A stretch of 61,144 nucleotides of DNA from Prevotella sp. (GTDB lineage Bacteria; Bacteroidota; Bacteroidia; Bacteroidales; Bacteroidaceae): contig JALFRV010000083.1 of NCBI GenBank assembly GCA_022778905.1, positions 1 to 61,144 on the forward strand, in the 5' to 3' direction. Positions 20,899-32,666 of this stretch are shown here, piece after piece. Each line of letters opens with the position of its first letter. Within the stretch, counting starts at the first letter, position 1. The notes beneath the pieces were generated by a model. The model did not search any database, was not told where the DNA came from, and saw only the letters and a list, made by a program, of their open reading frames with translations. The translations under genes and the position numbers were made by a program.

Positions 20899-21507
20899 TT
20901 ACTGCTTTTTGCGGGTCACATAGAGAACGGCCAACGCGGGCAGGATGAGTGTGAAGAGGGCCGTCAGCGCCATCGCGACCATCTCATACGGACCGGGAAA
21001 GGACACGCAGAAGCCCGAGAAGATGATGCCTGCTGCGAGGCCGCCGCCCGTCATCGCTCCGTGCTGCAGCACCATCCCCATGATGGAGCACGACAGGCTC
21101 ATGAGCAGGATGATCACGGCCGAGAGGGGGAAGTCGACCTTGAGCGCGCCCATCATGGCGGCCACGTTGATGCTGATTGTCACACTGATGGTGAGCAGAC
21201 AGAACGAAAGCCAGATCGATCCCACCGTCTTGCTGATCACGTTCGACGGCATCGGCCCTTGCTTGCGAATGATGAAATACTGTCCGATGAAACCGATGAC
21301 GGTCATGGCGAACCACAACAGATTCCACACAGGACCGCCATTATGGGCCCAGAGGTGCCCTACGACGAGGGCGGTGAGCATGTCGAGAGCGCCCCACCAC
21401 AGCATCGGCAAGGCGATCTGGCGCGTCACGTCTTTCCGGCCCTGCCGGATCGACTGCTGAATGATTTCCAAACTGCGCTCGGCAGTCATCTGATCTTGAT
21501 TTTCCAT
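20899..21507 (-). CDS. Conserved multi-pass membrane protein
   Basis: MTAERSLEIIQQSI N-terminus followed by about 6 TM helices; immediately upstream of the wHTH gene. Confidence 0.75.
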   Translation of the reverse strand: MENQDQMTAERSLEIIQQSIRQGRKDVTRQIALPMLWWGALDMLTALVVGHLWAHNGGPVWNLLWFAMTVIGFIGQYFIIRKQGPMPSNVISKTVGSIWLSFCLLTISVTISINVAAMMGALKVDFPLSAVIILLMSLSCSIMGMVLQHGAMTGGGLAAGIIFSGFCVSFPGPYEMVAMALTALFTLILPALAVLYVTRKKQ

Positions 21508-21518
21508 ATTGATTCTTA

Positions 21519-21686
21519 TTACTTGTTATGTTTCATGTTCTTTAGCGCAGGAATGTATTTCAGTGGGATGTGCACCTCCTGCCCGTCGTTCTCGATGTTC
21601 ACGTCTCCTTCCCACACCTGTTCCTCGGGCATGCCGTCCTTCATGTGCGGGGATGAGAGAGCCATCCTTTTGAAAATCGTTTTCAT
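21519..21686 (-). CDS. Small 55-aa hypothetical protein (not in the ORF track)
   Basis: MKTIFKRMALSSPHMKDGMPEEQVWEGDVNIENDGQEVHIPLKYIPALKNMKHNK; A-rich leader, TATATTTG box at 21744-21751 on the minus strand, stop 11 nt before the next ATG. Confidence 0.55.
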   Translation of the reverse strand: MKTIFKRMALSSPHMKDGMPEEQVWEGDVNIENDGQEVHIPLKYIPALKNMKHNK

Positions 21687-21895
21687 AATTCCTTTTCCAT
21701 TTTAAGTGATAGATAATTGTCCGGATGATATGTGATCACGGTGCAAATATAAATAAGTTTATGTTATAAACCAAACAAATCTATAAACAAAATGTATCTT
21801 GAAGCAAATAATTAACATATTTTTAGGTTCGGCCGTCGGCAAGTTTTTAAATCGAAGAAATATTGCATCTGTAAGTCATTGATTATAAGCGCCCT

Positions 21896-21982
21896 GCGCA
21901 TATGATAGCTTTTGGCCTTCGAAAGCATAGCTCTTGGCCGCCCAAAGCATAGCTTTCGGGGCCCCGGAGCATAGCTCTGCGC
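21896..21982. repeat. 87-bp four-box element, copy B
   Basis: GCGC-ATATGATAGCTTT-TGGCCTTCG-AAAGCATAGCTCT-TGGCCGCCC-AAAGCATAGCTTT-CGGGGCCCC-GGAGCATAGCTCT-GCGC. Confidence 0.92.
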
Positions 21983-22018
21983 AGCGCGTATTTATCGTCT
22001 GTCAAAACCGCAGTTCCC

Positions 22019-22308
22019 GTAGGGGCGAATCGGCATATCCGTCAAGGGGGAACAATATGCCGTTCCACAATTTCTACGGGTATCGTAGGGGCGGATTTGC
22101 GTATCCGCCCGCAAGGGGCGTTGGGCAGCACGTTGCATTCCGTGATATATCTGACGGACGGGCACATCATTGCTTGCGGGCGGATACGCAGATCCGCCCC
22201 TACGATCTATTGCAATCTCTCTCTAATGGGTGGTGATGCCATCCAAGTTGCTGATCATCCATCCGAAATATGCACGCCATTCGTAGGGGCGGATCGGCGT
22301 ATCCGCCC
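22019..22308. repeat. Cluster of GTAG-type REP sequences including an inverted doublet (REPIN-like)
   Basis: GTAGGGGCGGATnnGCGTATCCGCCC at 22085 (+), 22178-22203 (-), 22283 (+), degenerate at 22019. Confidence 0.85.
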
Positions 22309-22431
22309 ACAACGGTCATCGGGTCCGTCCGTGTGCTGCTCCCCTCCATTCGGATGGGCCGGGGATGGCATTCCTCCGCCTCCACCCACGAATAATTGCG
22401 ACCGAAAGATGGGTAATCGGAATAAAATGCG

Positions 22432-22439
22432 TATCTTTG
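22432..22439 (+). promoter_or_regulatory. Sigma-A -7 box for ruvB
   Basis: TATCTTTG, 30 nt upstream of the ATG. Confidence 0.6.
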
Positions 22440-22469
22440 TCCATTGAACAAATGGAATGACAGCAATCA

Positions 22470-23501
22470 ATGGCAGAAGACTTTGACATCAGAGAAGAGC
22501 GGATCAGCTCGGCCGAAAAGGAGTTCGAGAATGCCCTGCGACCCTTGCGTTTCGCCGACTTCAACGGTCAGCCGAAGGTGGTGCAGAATCTTGAGATCTT
22601 CGTGGAAGCCGCCAAATACCGCGACGAACCGCTCGACCATACGCTCCTCTACGGGCCTCCGGGATTGGGAAAGACGACGCTCAGCAACATCATTGCCAAC
22701 GAGTTGGGCGTGGGCTTCAAGATTACGAGCGGGCCGGTGCTCGACAAACCGGGCGACCTGGCAGGCCTGCTGACCTCGCTCGAGCCGCATGACGTGCTCT
22801 TCATTGATGAGATCCACCGTCTCTCACCGGTCGTCGAGGAGTACCTCTACTCTGCCATGGAAGACTATCGGATAGACATCATGATCGACAAAGGCCCGTC
22901 GGCACGGTCGATCCAGATCGATCTGAACCCCTTTACGCTCGTCGGCGCCACCACGCGGAGCGGCATGCTCACGGCGCCCCTGCGCGCTCGCTTCGGCATC
23001 AACATGCACCTTGAATACTACGATCCGGACACCTTGCGGCGCATCATTCACCGCAGCGCACACCTGCTGCGCGTGCCCATCGACGACGCAGCAGCCGTGG
23101 AGATCGCCCGCAGGTCACGCGGCACGCCCCGAATCGCCAACTCGCTGCTGCGCCGCGTGCGCGACTTCGCCCAGGTGAAGGGCAACGGGACGATCACGAC
23201 CGACATCGCACGGATGGCCCTGCAGGCCCTGAACATCGACCAGTATGGCCTCGACGAGATCGACAACAAGATCCTCACGACCGTCATCGACAAGTTCCGC
23301 GGCGGCCCCGTGGGCCTTTCGACCATCGCGACAGCCATCGGAGAGGACACGGGAACCATCGAGGAGGTCTACGAACCCTTTCTCATCATGGAAGGATTCA
23401 TCAAGCGCACGCCGCGCGGACGCATGGCCACCCGACTGGCCTACGACCATCTCGGGCGCAATCCTTATGAAGGCAACGTGATGCAGACGGAACTGTTCTA
23501 A
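22470..23501 (+). CDS. ruvB: Holliday junction branch migration helicase RuvB
   Basis: [53 protein letters not shown]. Confidence 0.97.
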   Translation: MAEDFDIREERISSAEKEFENALRPLRFADFNGQPKVVQNLEIFVEAAKYRDEPLDHTLLYGPPGLGKTTLSNIIANELGVGFKITSGPVLDKPGDLAGLLTSLEPHDVLFIDEIHRLSPVVEEYLYSAMEDYRIDIMIDKGPSARSIQIDLNPFTLVGATTRSGMLTAPLRARFGINMHLEYYDPDTLRRIIHRSAHLLRVPIDDAAAVEIARRSRGTPRIANSLLRRVRDFAQVKGNGTITTDIARMALQALNIDQYGLDEIDNKILTTVIDKFRGGPVGLSTIATAIGEDTGTIEEVYEPFLIMEGFIKRTPRGRMATRLAYDHLGRNPYEGNVMQTELF

Positions 23502-23511
23502 AACCGCAGAT

Positions 23512-23958
23512 ATGGAAAAAACAGGACTATTCGCCGGTTCGTTCGACCCGTTCACCATCGGTCACGACGACATCGTGCGCCGGGCACTGCCCCTGTTTGA
23601 CAAGTTGGTCATCGGTGTGGGCGTGAATGCGGGCAAGCATCCGATGCTCTCCGTCGAAGACCGCGTAGCGGCGATCAGGCGGCTCTACAGCGATGACCCC
23701 CGGGTGGAAGTCATCGCCTACGACGATCTGACCATGGACCTGGCCCAAAGAGTGGGCGCACGGTTCCTCGTAAGGGGCGTCAGGTCGGTAAAAGACTTTG
23801 AATACGAGCGCGATATGGCCGACTTCAATCGGCGTATAGGCGGCATCGAGACCATCCTCCTCTTTGCCAAACCCGAATATGCAGCCATTTCTTCGAGTGC
23901 CGCCAAGGAGCTCTTCGCCTTCGGCAAGGACATTTCCTGGCTGCTGCCCCAGCAATAG
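23512..23958 (+). CDS. coaD: Phosphopantetheine adenylyltransferase
   Basis: FAGSFDPFTIGHDDIVRRA, VRGVRSVKDFEYE, ISSS. Confidence 0.95.
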   Translation: MEKTGLFAGSFDPFTIGHDDIVRRALPLFDKLVIGVGVNAGKHPMLSVEDRVAAIRRLYSDDPRVEVIAYDDLTMDLAQRVGARFLVRGVRSVKDFEYERDMADFNRRIGGIETILLFAKPEYAAISSSAAKELFAFGKDISWLLPQQ

Positions 23959-23998
23959 GCTGCGCCGGCATGAAGCGCGAACACCCGCCACAGCATCG

Positions 23999-24071
23999 CA
24001 ACTCACCAACTGCAACCCCATAACTCACCAACTGTAAACCCATAACTCATCAACTAAAAAATCCCAACTCA
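23999..24071. repeat. 22-bp tandem repeat (3 units plus a partial)
   Basis: CAACTCACCAACTGCAACCCCA / TAACTCACCAACTGTAAACCCA / TAACTCATCAACTAAAAAATCC / CAACTCA. Confidence 0.8.
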
Positions 24072-24491
24072 ATGATAACATATCATGCAGACGGCGTGAA
24101 AATGCCGGACATCAAGCGACGGGAAACCACGGCCTGGATACGCAGAGTGGCCGCCGAGCACGGCCGGAAGATAGGCGAGGTGGGCTATATGTTCGTCAGT
24201 GACGAGAAGATATTGGCCTGCAACCGAGAGTATCTCGGACACGACTATTACACGGACATCATCACCTTCGACTACGATGAGGGCACGACGGTCAACGGCG
24301 ACATCGTGATCTCGCTCGATACCGTGCGTTCCAATGCCGAAAAATACGGCAAACGCTACGACGACGAGCTCCACCGGGTCATCATTCATGGCATCCTTCA
24401 CCTCTGCGGCATCAACGACAAGGGGCCGGGCGAACGCGAGATCATGGAAGCAAACGAAGACCGCGCACTGGAGTTATTAGGTAAAAAGTAA
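24072..24491 (+). CDS. ybeY: rRNA maturation RNase YbeY
   Basis: NREYLGHDYYTDIITF, GDIVISLD, HGILHLCG. Confidence 0.95.
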   Translation: MITYHADGVKMPDIKRRETTAWIRRVAAEHGRKIGEVGYMFVSDEKILACNREYLGHDYYTDIITFDYDEGTTVNGDIVISLDTVRSNAEKYGKRYDDELHRVIIHGILHLCGINDKGPGEREIMEANEDRALELLGKK

Positions 24492-24960
24492 GAGGTGAGA
24501 AGTAAGAAATGAGTGAAAACAACCTGAAGGACAAGGCCGACTCGCTTGCTTTGCGCATTGTAAAATGCAGCACATACTTGAAAAAAACGATGGAAAGAGT
24601 ATGCCATAGCCGATCAAATGCTACGCTGTGGAACCAGTATTGGAGCAAACATCTATGAAAGTAAGTTTGCCCGAAGCAATGCTGACCATGTCAGTAAACT
24701 CAGTATCGCCTTGAAAGAAGCGTCTGAAACGACCTTCTGGTTGAATCTTATACACTCTTCAGAATTGACAGATGATTCAACTTACCAATCCATGTACGAC
24801 GAAGTAGAACAACTGATCAGAATCTTAGTTACGATCATTAAAAAGCTAAAAGAAAAGGAAAAGGGCACGCATCAGCATTAAAAATGCCAACGACATGTTC
24901 CTCTTCCCTTTCTCTTGCCTTTTATTTCTCATCTCCTCACCTCTTACCTCTTACTTTCAC
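24481..24960. repeat. Imperfect inverted repeats built of 7-bp units flanking the four-helix-bundle gene
   Basis: Left 24481-24510 GTAAAAAGTAAGAGGTGAGAAGTAAGAAAT; right 24922-24960 reverse-complements to GTGAAAGTAAGAGGTAAGAGGTGAGGAGATGAGAAATAA. Confidence 0.7.
24509..24881 (+). pseudogene. Four-helix-bundle (23S rRNA IVP / TIGR02436-like) gene with a 1-nt frameshift
   Basis: MSENNLKDKADSLALRIVKCSTYLKK then, after removing one A from A7 at 24581-24587, RWKEYAIADQMLRCGTSIGANIYES...KLSIALKEASETTFWL; span 373 nt = 124 codons + 1. Confidence 0.8.
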
Positions 24961-24965
24961 TGCTC

Positions 24966-26588
24966 TTACCTTGCAAAAAGCTGCACGGCTTTTTGCACGA
25001 TCGGATTCTGCTCGTTCATCACCTGGAAGTACTCCGACATGTCCCATAAGTCGCGTGCCACGAGCGCCTTGAGCTGCGTCTTGAGCGAAGCGACGGTGCG
25101 TGCTCGCTCCTCGTTGTCCTTCGGCGTAGCCTTCTGACGCTCACCTTCGGCCAGTATTTCATCGATCAGGGACTGCGGAACCTCATATCTGCGGTTGAAA
25201 TCGGCAAACGTCGGATATTCCTTCTGCAGCTTCTTGCGGTTGTTGTCGACATATTTCAGGTTGGCATTGATGACAATGCTCTTGGCCGCAAGCTGCCGGT
25301 GGAGCGGCGTATACTGCGTGGTGTCGAGCGGAACGAAATGGTCCGGCATGATGCCACCGCCCCCATAGACCGTCCGGTGGAGCCTCAACGTGCTGAAACG
25401 CAATGAATCATCGAAGTGGATACTGTCGGCACTGTAGAGCTCACCATGCCTATAGCGCTCGTCAAGCTCACGTGCGTAGTCCTCGGAGTCGCCTTTCTTG
25501 TACGGCTTCTGGATGCAACGGCCCGACGGCGTGTAGTAGTGGGCGATCGTGAGGCGTATCATCGAACCGTCCTTGAACTCGATCGGACGCTGCACAAGGC
25601 CCTTTCCGAAGGAGCGCCGGCCTACTACCTCGCCGCGGTCCAAGTCCTGTATGGCACCCGTGACGATCTCGGCGGCCGACGCCGAGAACTCATTGATGAG
25701 CACAACCACCTTCCCCGTGAGCAGCTTGCCGTTGCCCTGGGCGCGGAACTCCTGCCGCGGAGCGCGCCGACCTTGCGTATACACGATGAGATCATTCTTC
25801 TGGAGAAACTCGTTGGCGATCATGACGGCCGCCTGAAGATAGCCTCCTCCATTCTCCTGCAGATCGAGGATCAGGTCCTTCATGCCTGCTTCGCGCAGCT
25901 TCCTGACGCCTTCCATGAACTCGTCATAGGTGGTGGCGCCGAAACTGCCGATACGGATGTAACCCACGTTGGGGCGGATCATGTAGACCGCATCAATCGT
26001 CTTGACCGGGATCTTGTCGCGTGTGACGACGAAATACTGCACGCCGGCGATGCCGCGACGCACGATTCCGAGACGCACCTTGGTGCCCTTGGGGCCGCGG
26101 AGGCGCCTCATGATCTCCTCTTTGCTCATCTTCACGCCGGCGATAGCCGTGTCATTGACGCTCACGATGCGGTCTCCGGCCAGTATGCCCACCTTCTCCG
26201 ACGGACCGTTGGTCACGGTCTGGATGACGAGGAGCGTGTCCTGGACCATGTTGAACTGCACGCCTATGCCCTCGAACGATCCCTGAAGCGGCTCCGTCAT
26301 GGCCTTTGTCTCCTTGGCGGTGCTATAGGACGAGTGCGGGTCAAGCTTCTCGAGCATGCCGCGTATGGCGTCCTCGACGAGCCGTTGCTCGTCTACGCTG
26401 TCGACATAGAGATTGTTTATCGTCATCTCCGCTATCTGGAGCTTGCGCAACGGACTGTCATCGCTGAAGTTGAAGCGCATCTGCGCCGACGAGGGAAGAA
26501 CGGTAAAGAGGCAAAAAAGGAAAACGACAATAAGGTAAAGAGGCACATGCGTCTTACCTTTCTGTATGTTCAATTTACTCAAGTTCAT
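24966..26588 (-). CDS. S41 family carboxyl-terminal processing protease
   Basis: LDPHSSY, PDZ FEGIGVQF, LILDLQENGGG, SASAAEIVTGAIQD, SFGKGLVQ. Confidence 0.93.
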   Translation of the reverse strand: MNLSKLNIQKGKTHVPLYLIVVFLFCLFTVLPSSAQMRFNFSDDSPLRKLQIAEMTINNLYVDSVDEQRLVEDAIRGMLEKLDPHSSYSTAKETKAMTEPLQGSFEGIGVQFNMVQDTLLVIQTVTNGPSEKVGILAGDRIVSVNDTAIAGVKMSKEEIMRRLRGPKGTKVRLGIVRRGIAGVQYFVVTRDKIPVKTIDAVYMIRPNVGYIRIGSFGATTYDEFMEGVRKLREAGMKDLILDLQENGGGYLQAAVMIANEFLQKNDLIVYTQGRRAPRQEFRAQGNGKLLTGKVVVLINEFSASAAEIVTGAIQDLDRGEVVGRRSFGKGLVQRPIEFKDGSMIRLTIAHYYTPSGRCIQKPYKKGDSEDYARELDERYRHGELYSADSIHFDDSLRFSTLRLHRTVYGGGGIMPDHFVPLDTTQYTPLHRQLAAKSIVINANLKYVDNNRKKLQKEYPTFADFNRRYEVPQSLIDEILAEGERQKATPKDNEERARTVASLKTQLKALVARDLWDMSEYFQVMNEQNPIVQKAVQLFAR

Positions 26589-26691
26589 GTTTACAATCTA
26601 ATCTTAAAAATGATTTTATCTATTGACCATCTATCTTTCGATGATCTGATCCGCCCAAACGCCATGCCCATGGGGATGCTCCACATCGGTC

Positions 26692-28695
<2,004 letters not shown>

Positions 28696-28770
28696 GTCTG
28701 TTTATTCGTTTGATGCGTGTTCTTCCGGCCTTGTGCCTGCTTCGGGCGGGGCGGGCGGAAAGATGCTTTG

Positions 28771-28866
28771 GTCTTGTCTGTCTGATGTTCCGGCTCGGCG
28801 GTCGGACGGCTTTGGTCCGTCGGTCGGACTGATCGGGGTTAGCAGTCGGACTGCTATAGTCTCCGG
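28771..28866. repeat. Degenerate 22-bp-period intergenic repeat
   Basis: GTCGGAC at 28801, 28823 and 28845. Confidence 0.55.
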
Positions 28867-28909
28867 AGGCTGTCCGTGCGGCTGTCGCGGCGATGCCTTC
28901 TGCCGGCGC

Positions 28910-30061
28910 TCACTCTATCTTCCGGATGTAGCAGCGGTGGCGCTTGTGTTGCTCAGAGTCGAAGTATTGCCAGAGGTTGCGCACGTTGTCGTTGGTCTCC
29001 ATCTGCTGCATGGCCTCGGCATATTTGATGTGATACTGCTGAAAACGATCCACCAAGTCACGGAATATGAGTGCATTGACACCTTTGGCGCGATACTCCG
29101 GAAGCACACCGATGAGCAAAAGGTCGACGACATCCGTATGATGACACTTGATGACCCGGAGCATCCGGAGCCAGCCGAAGGGGAACAGGCGTCCTCCGCT
29201 GCGCTGCAACGCCTTGGAGAGGGACGGAAAGGTGATGCCGAATCCGACCAACTTGTGACCGGCGTTCCAGTCTTCCACGACGGAGATCATCTTCAGGTCG
29301 GCGATCTTGATATATCCGTTGATGAACTGATCGATCTCCCGATCAGTGAGCTCGGCAAAGCCGTAGAGGTCGCGGTAGGTGATGTTGAGCACCTCGAAGA
29401 TCTTGTGTCCGTAGCCTTCGTGGAGGATCTCGCGGCGGGTGAGGTTGCGCGCGTGGAGGTTGTAGCGCTGCTCGATGACGCTCGCCACATGCGCGAACTT
29501 CTCCGGGAGACGCTCCGGGATCTTCACGCGGTATTCGAGATAGTCGTTGTCCTTGGTGAAACCGCCGAGGCGCTCGATATGTTCGGGGTAGTAAGCGTAG
29601 TTGTATGTGGAATACATGGTGGCCAGACGGTCGAAGCCTTCGATGAGCATGCCCTCGCGATCCATGTCGGTGAAGCCCATCGGGCCGACCATCTCGGTCA
29701 TGCCCTTGGACCGTCCCCAGTCTTCGACGGCCTGCAGGAGGGCGCGTGAGACACGGATGTCGTCGATGAAATCGATCCATCCGAACCGGACGGTCCTGCG
29801 GTCCCAGCGCTCGTTGGCACGATGGTTGATGATGCCGGCGATGCGTCCGACGACGGCTCCGTCATGCAAGGCTAAGAAGTATTCGGCCTCGCTGTAGTCG
29901 AAGGCGGCGTTTCTGTCCTTGCGGAGGGTGTCCATCTCGTCGCAGTAAAGATAGGGCACGGCATACTCGCAATGGCGATAGAGGTCTCTGCGGAACTCCA
30001 CAAAGGCCTTGAGACCTTTCCTGTCGGTCACCCGCCTGATTTCTATTTCATTGTCACACAT
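28910..30061 (-). CDS. YghO-like GNAT N-acetyltransferase (paralog 2)
   Basis: VGRIAGIINH, RFGWIDFIDD, GPMGFTDMDREGMLIEGFD, LIGVLPEYRAKGVNALIF. Confidence 0.85.
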   Translation of the reverse strand: MCDNEIEIRRVTDRKGLKAFVEFRRDLYRHCEYAVPYLYCDEMDTLRKDRNAAFDYSEAEYFLALHDGAVVGRIAGIINHRANERWDRRTVRFGWIDFIDDIRVSRALLQAVEDWGRSKGMTEMVGPMGFTDMDREGMLIEGFDRLATMYSTYNYAYYPEHIERLGGFTKDNDYLEYRVKIPERLPEKFAHVASVIEQRYNLHARNLTRREILHEGYGHKIFEVLNITYRDLYGFAELTDREIDQFINGYIKIADLKMISVVEDWNAGHKLVGFGITFPSLSKALQRSGGRLFPFGWLRMLRVIKCHHTDVVDLLLIGVLPEYRAKGVNALIFRDLVDRFQQYHIKYAEAMQQMETNDNVRNLWQYFDSEQHKRHRCYIRKIE

Positions 30062-30077
30062 CGCTCCTATCGTCCGT

Positions 30078-31226
30078 TCACTTGAACACTTTCTTATAGC
30101 AATTGCGCCTTTTATGGAGAATGGGGTCCAAGACTTCCCACTGACTCTGTATGCCTTCGTTGGTCTCCATCTCGACCTGGCTCTCGCCCCACTTGATTCC
30201 GCAGGCCTGATAGCGCGGGATCAGATCGGCAATGATCAGCGCATTGGCGCCCTTCTTGCGGTATTCGGGCATCACGCCCATGAGCAGCAGGTCGACGCCT
30301 TCGGTCTTATGGAACTTGATGGCGCGCAGGACGTGCCACCAACCGAACGGCAGCAGGCGTCCCCGGCGGCACTTCTGCAGGGCACGCGAGAGTGACGGGA
30401 TGGAGACGCCCATGCCTACCAGCTTGTTGCCGGCACTCGTGTCTTCGATCACGGTGACAAAGTTGAGGTCGACGGCGGGCATATACATCTTCACGTATTG
30501 GTCGATCTGGCGCTCGGTGAGCTGAGAGAAGCCGTAGAGATCCTGATAAGTATCGTTGATCAGGGCAAACAGCTTGTGGCCGTATCCGCCCTTGGTGACA
30601 TCGCTGCGGGTCAGCTTCTTGACGCGCAGATGATAGCGCGAGCCGATCATGTCAGCGATCTTGGTATACTTCTCGGGCACAGCGTCGGGCACGAGCAATT
30701 TGTATTCGACATACCGGTTGTCCACCTCGAACCCGCCTATCTGCCCGATGAGCTTGGGATAGTAGGGGTAATTGTAGATCGTGGGCATCGTGCCGAGCTG
30801 GTCGAATCCCCATACGAGCATGCCTTCGGGGTCCATATCGGTGAAGCCGAGCGGCCCCACGATCTCGGTCATGCCCTTGCTGCGGCCGTAACGCTCGACT
30901 GCTTCAAGCAACGCCCGCAGCACCTCGATGTCTTCTATGAAGTCAATCCAACCGAAACGGACAGCCTTCTGCTTCCACTTCTCATTGGTCCGATGGTTGA
31001 TGATGGCCGCCACGCGCCCTACGAGCCGGTCATCCTTATAGGCCAGATAATAGGCGGCCTCACAAAAGTCGAATGCTGCGTTCTTGTCTTTCGACAGCGT
31101 ATTCCGCTCGTCACTATACAGGTTGGGAACGTCATAGGGGTTTCCCTTGTAGAGATCGTAATGGAATTCGATGAAAGCCTTGAGATCCTTTGACGTCTCT
31201 ACTTCCTTGATGCTAATCAGTGACAT
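30078..31226 (-). CDS. YghO-like GNAT N-acetyltransferase (paralog 1)
   Basis: VGRVAAIINH, RFGWIDFIED, GPLGFTDMDPEGMLVWGFD, LMGVMPEYRKKGANALII. Confidence 0.85.
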   Translation of the reverse strand: MSLISIKEVETSKDLKAFIEFHYDLYKGNPYDVPNLYSDERNTLSKDKNAAFDFCEAAYYLAYKDDRLVGRVAAIINHRTNEKWKQKAVRFGWIDFIEDIEVLRALLEAVERYGRSKGMTEIVGPLGFTDMDPEGMLVWGFDQLGTMPTIYNYPYYPKLIGQIGGFEVDNRYVEYKLLVPDAVPEKYTKIADMIGSRYHLRVKKLTRSDVTKGGYGHKLFALINDTYQDLYGFSQLTERQIDQYVKMYMPAVDLNFVTVIEDTSAGNKLVGMGVSIPSLSRALQKCRRGRLLPFGWWHVLRAIKFHKTEGVDLLLMGVMPEYRKKGANALIIADLIPRYQACGIKWGESQVEMETNEGIQSQWEVLDPILHKRRNCYKKVFK

Positions 31227-31427
31227 TATATATTGACATTAAATGCTTTAAACATGCAAAACTAATAAAAATACTGCACATGGCCAAATTTAGTGCCGTT
31301 TTTTGCAGATTATTGACCGGCGTGCACAGCGCCCGTGCCGCGCATGACAAACAAGGGGCTCCGGCGGAGAGTCCCTTGTGACCGGAAGGGCGCGGCGGAC
31401 GGACAGGACGGAACGCACGGACAAGCC

Positions 31428-32666
31428 CTACTTGCGGCAGCGAAGCAGCACATGCTGCCCGCCGACGGCCGTCGCAGCGAAAAGATAGGTGTCTCCACCG
31501 TCCCTCAGTCGGAGTCTGCGGCGCAGCTCGGGCACCGTCATGGGGAAGTTGCGGACGGTGACATTGGCCTGCGAAAGGCCTGCGAGATGGCGGCGGAGAT
31601 CGTGGCGGTTGAGGGTGGAGACGGCCTCGACGCGGAACCGACGGCCGGGGAAGCGCTCAAGGAGCGTCGGGGAGACGAAGAGACGGGTGTTGTCAGCCAG
31701 CGCGCGAACGGGAAAGCGGGCTGTCAACTCGCCGAAGCAGCCGGCCTTCATGACCGACGCATTGGGCTCGTAAAGCCAGTCGCCCGCCGACGGGAGCGCA
31801 GAGATGACAGGCACGGAAGCGGGCGACGGGGCCGACGCGTCATACGTGAACACGTCACCATCGTTGACGCAATGGACGCGGAGCGGAGCTTCCCGCAAGG
31901 GTGTCACGGCCAACAGCAGCTCGCGGCATTCGTTGGCGACGGAGACGATGTGGACCTCCCGCACCCGGTGGCCTTCGCCCAGACTGCCGGAGCGCTCCAA
32001 AGCGTCGAGCGCGCGGACGGCCTCATGCCAGTCGAGCATCGGCGAGAGCTTGAGCAGGAGCAGACGGCACTTGCGCAGAAGGCGTTCGCCCAAGCAGAGC
32101 ACATCGGGCTGACAGTCGGAGAGGAGGAACACGCGGCGCCCGTCGCCGTCGCGCCTTGCCGGGTCCATGAAAATCAGATCCACAGTCGGCATGGTGTCTA
32201 AGAAAGCGGTGGAATCGGCATGAACGACCTCGACATGCCGCTGCCCGAGCAAGGGGAAATTGTGCCGGGCCAACCGACAGAGCCGTTCGTCGCGCTCGAC
32301 ATAATAAGCCTGCCGGAACGCCTGCGCCAAGAACGAGCTGTCGACACCGAATCCACCGGTGAGATCGGCCATTTTTGAAGATTCGTCAGCCTGCATGAGC
32401 CGCCTTGCGAGCGCCAGTTTGTAGCGCGCCGTCTGCTCGCTCGAGCATTGTTCCATGTTCAGACGGGGCGGATAGACGACCCCGTCGACGGCCGCCCACG
32501 ACGGCAGTTTGCGCCGCGCAGTCTGCCGGCCGCTGATCTGATCCAATGCCGCCGGCATATCGACCTCATTGTCACGCGAGGCCTGAAGCGCCAGCTGCCG
32601 CACGTCATCATCTGCATGGCGGCGGATAAAGTCGAGCGTCGGCTCGTTCAAAAGCATTTCATTCAT
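31428..32666 (-). CDS. Class I SAM-dependent methyltransferase with THUMP-like C-terminus
   Basis: EQCSSEQTARYK, ADLTGGFGVD, FMDPARRD, KLSPMLD, LYEPNASVMKAG. Start estimated (32666 or 32657). Confidence 0.85.
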   Translation of the reverse strand: MNEMLLNEPTLDFIRRHADDDVRQLALQASRDNEVDMPAALDQISGRQTARRKLPSWAAVDGVVYPPRLNMEQCSSEQTARYKLALARRLMQADESSKMADLTGGFGVDSSFLAQAFRQAYYVERDERLCRLARHNFPLLGQRHVEVVHADSTAFLDTMPTVDLIFMDPARRDGDGRRVFLLSDCQPDVLCLGERLLRKCRLLLLKLSPMLDWHEAVRALDALERSGSLGEGHRVREVHIVSVANECRELLLAVTPLREAPLRVHCVNDGDVFTYDASAPSPASVPVISALPSAGDWLYEPNASVMKAGCFGELTARFPVRALADNTRLFVSPTLLERFPGRRFRVEAVSTLNRHDLRRHLAGLSQANVTVRNFPMTVPELRRRLRLRDGGDTYLFAATAVGGQHVLLRCRK

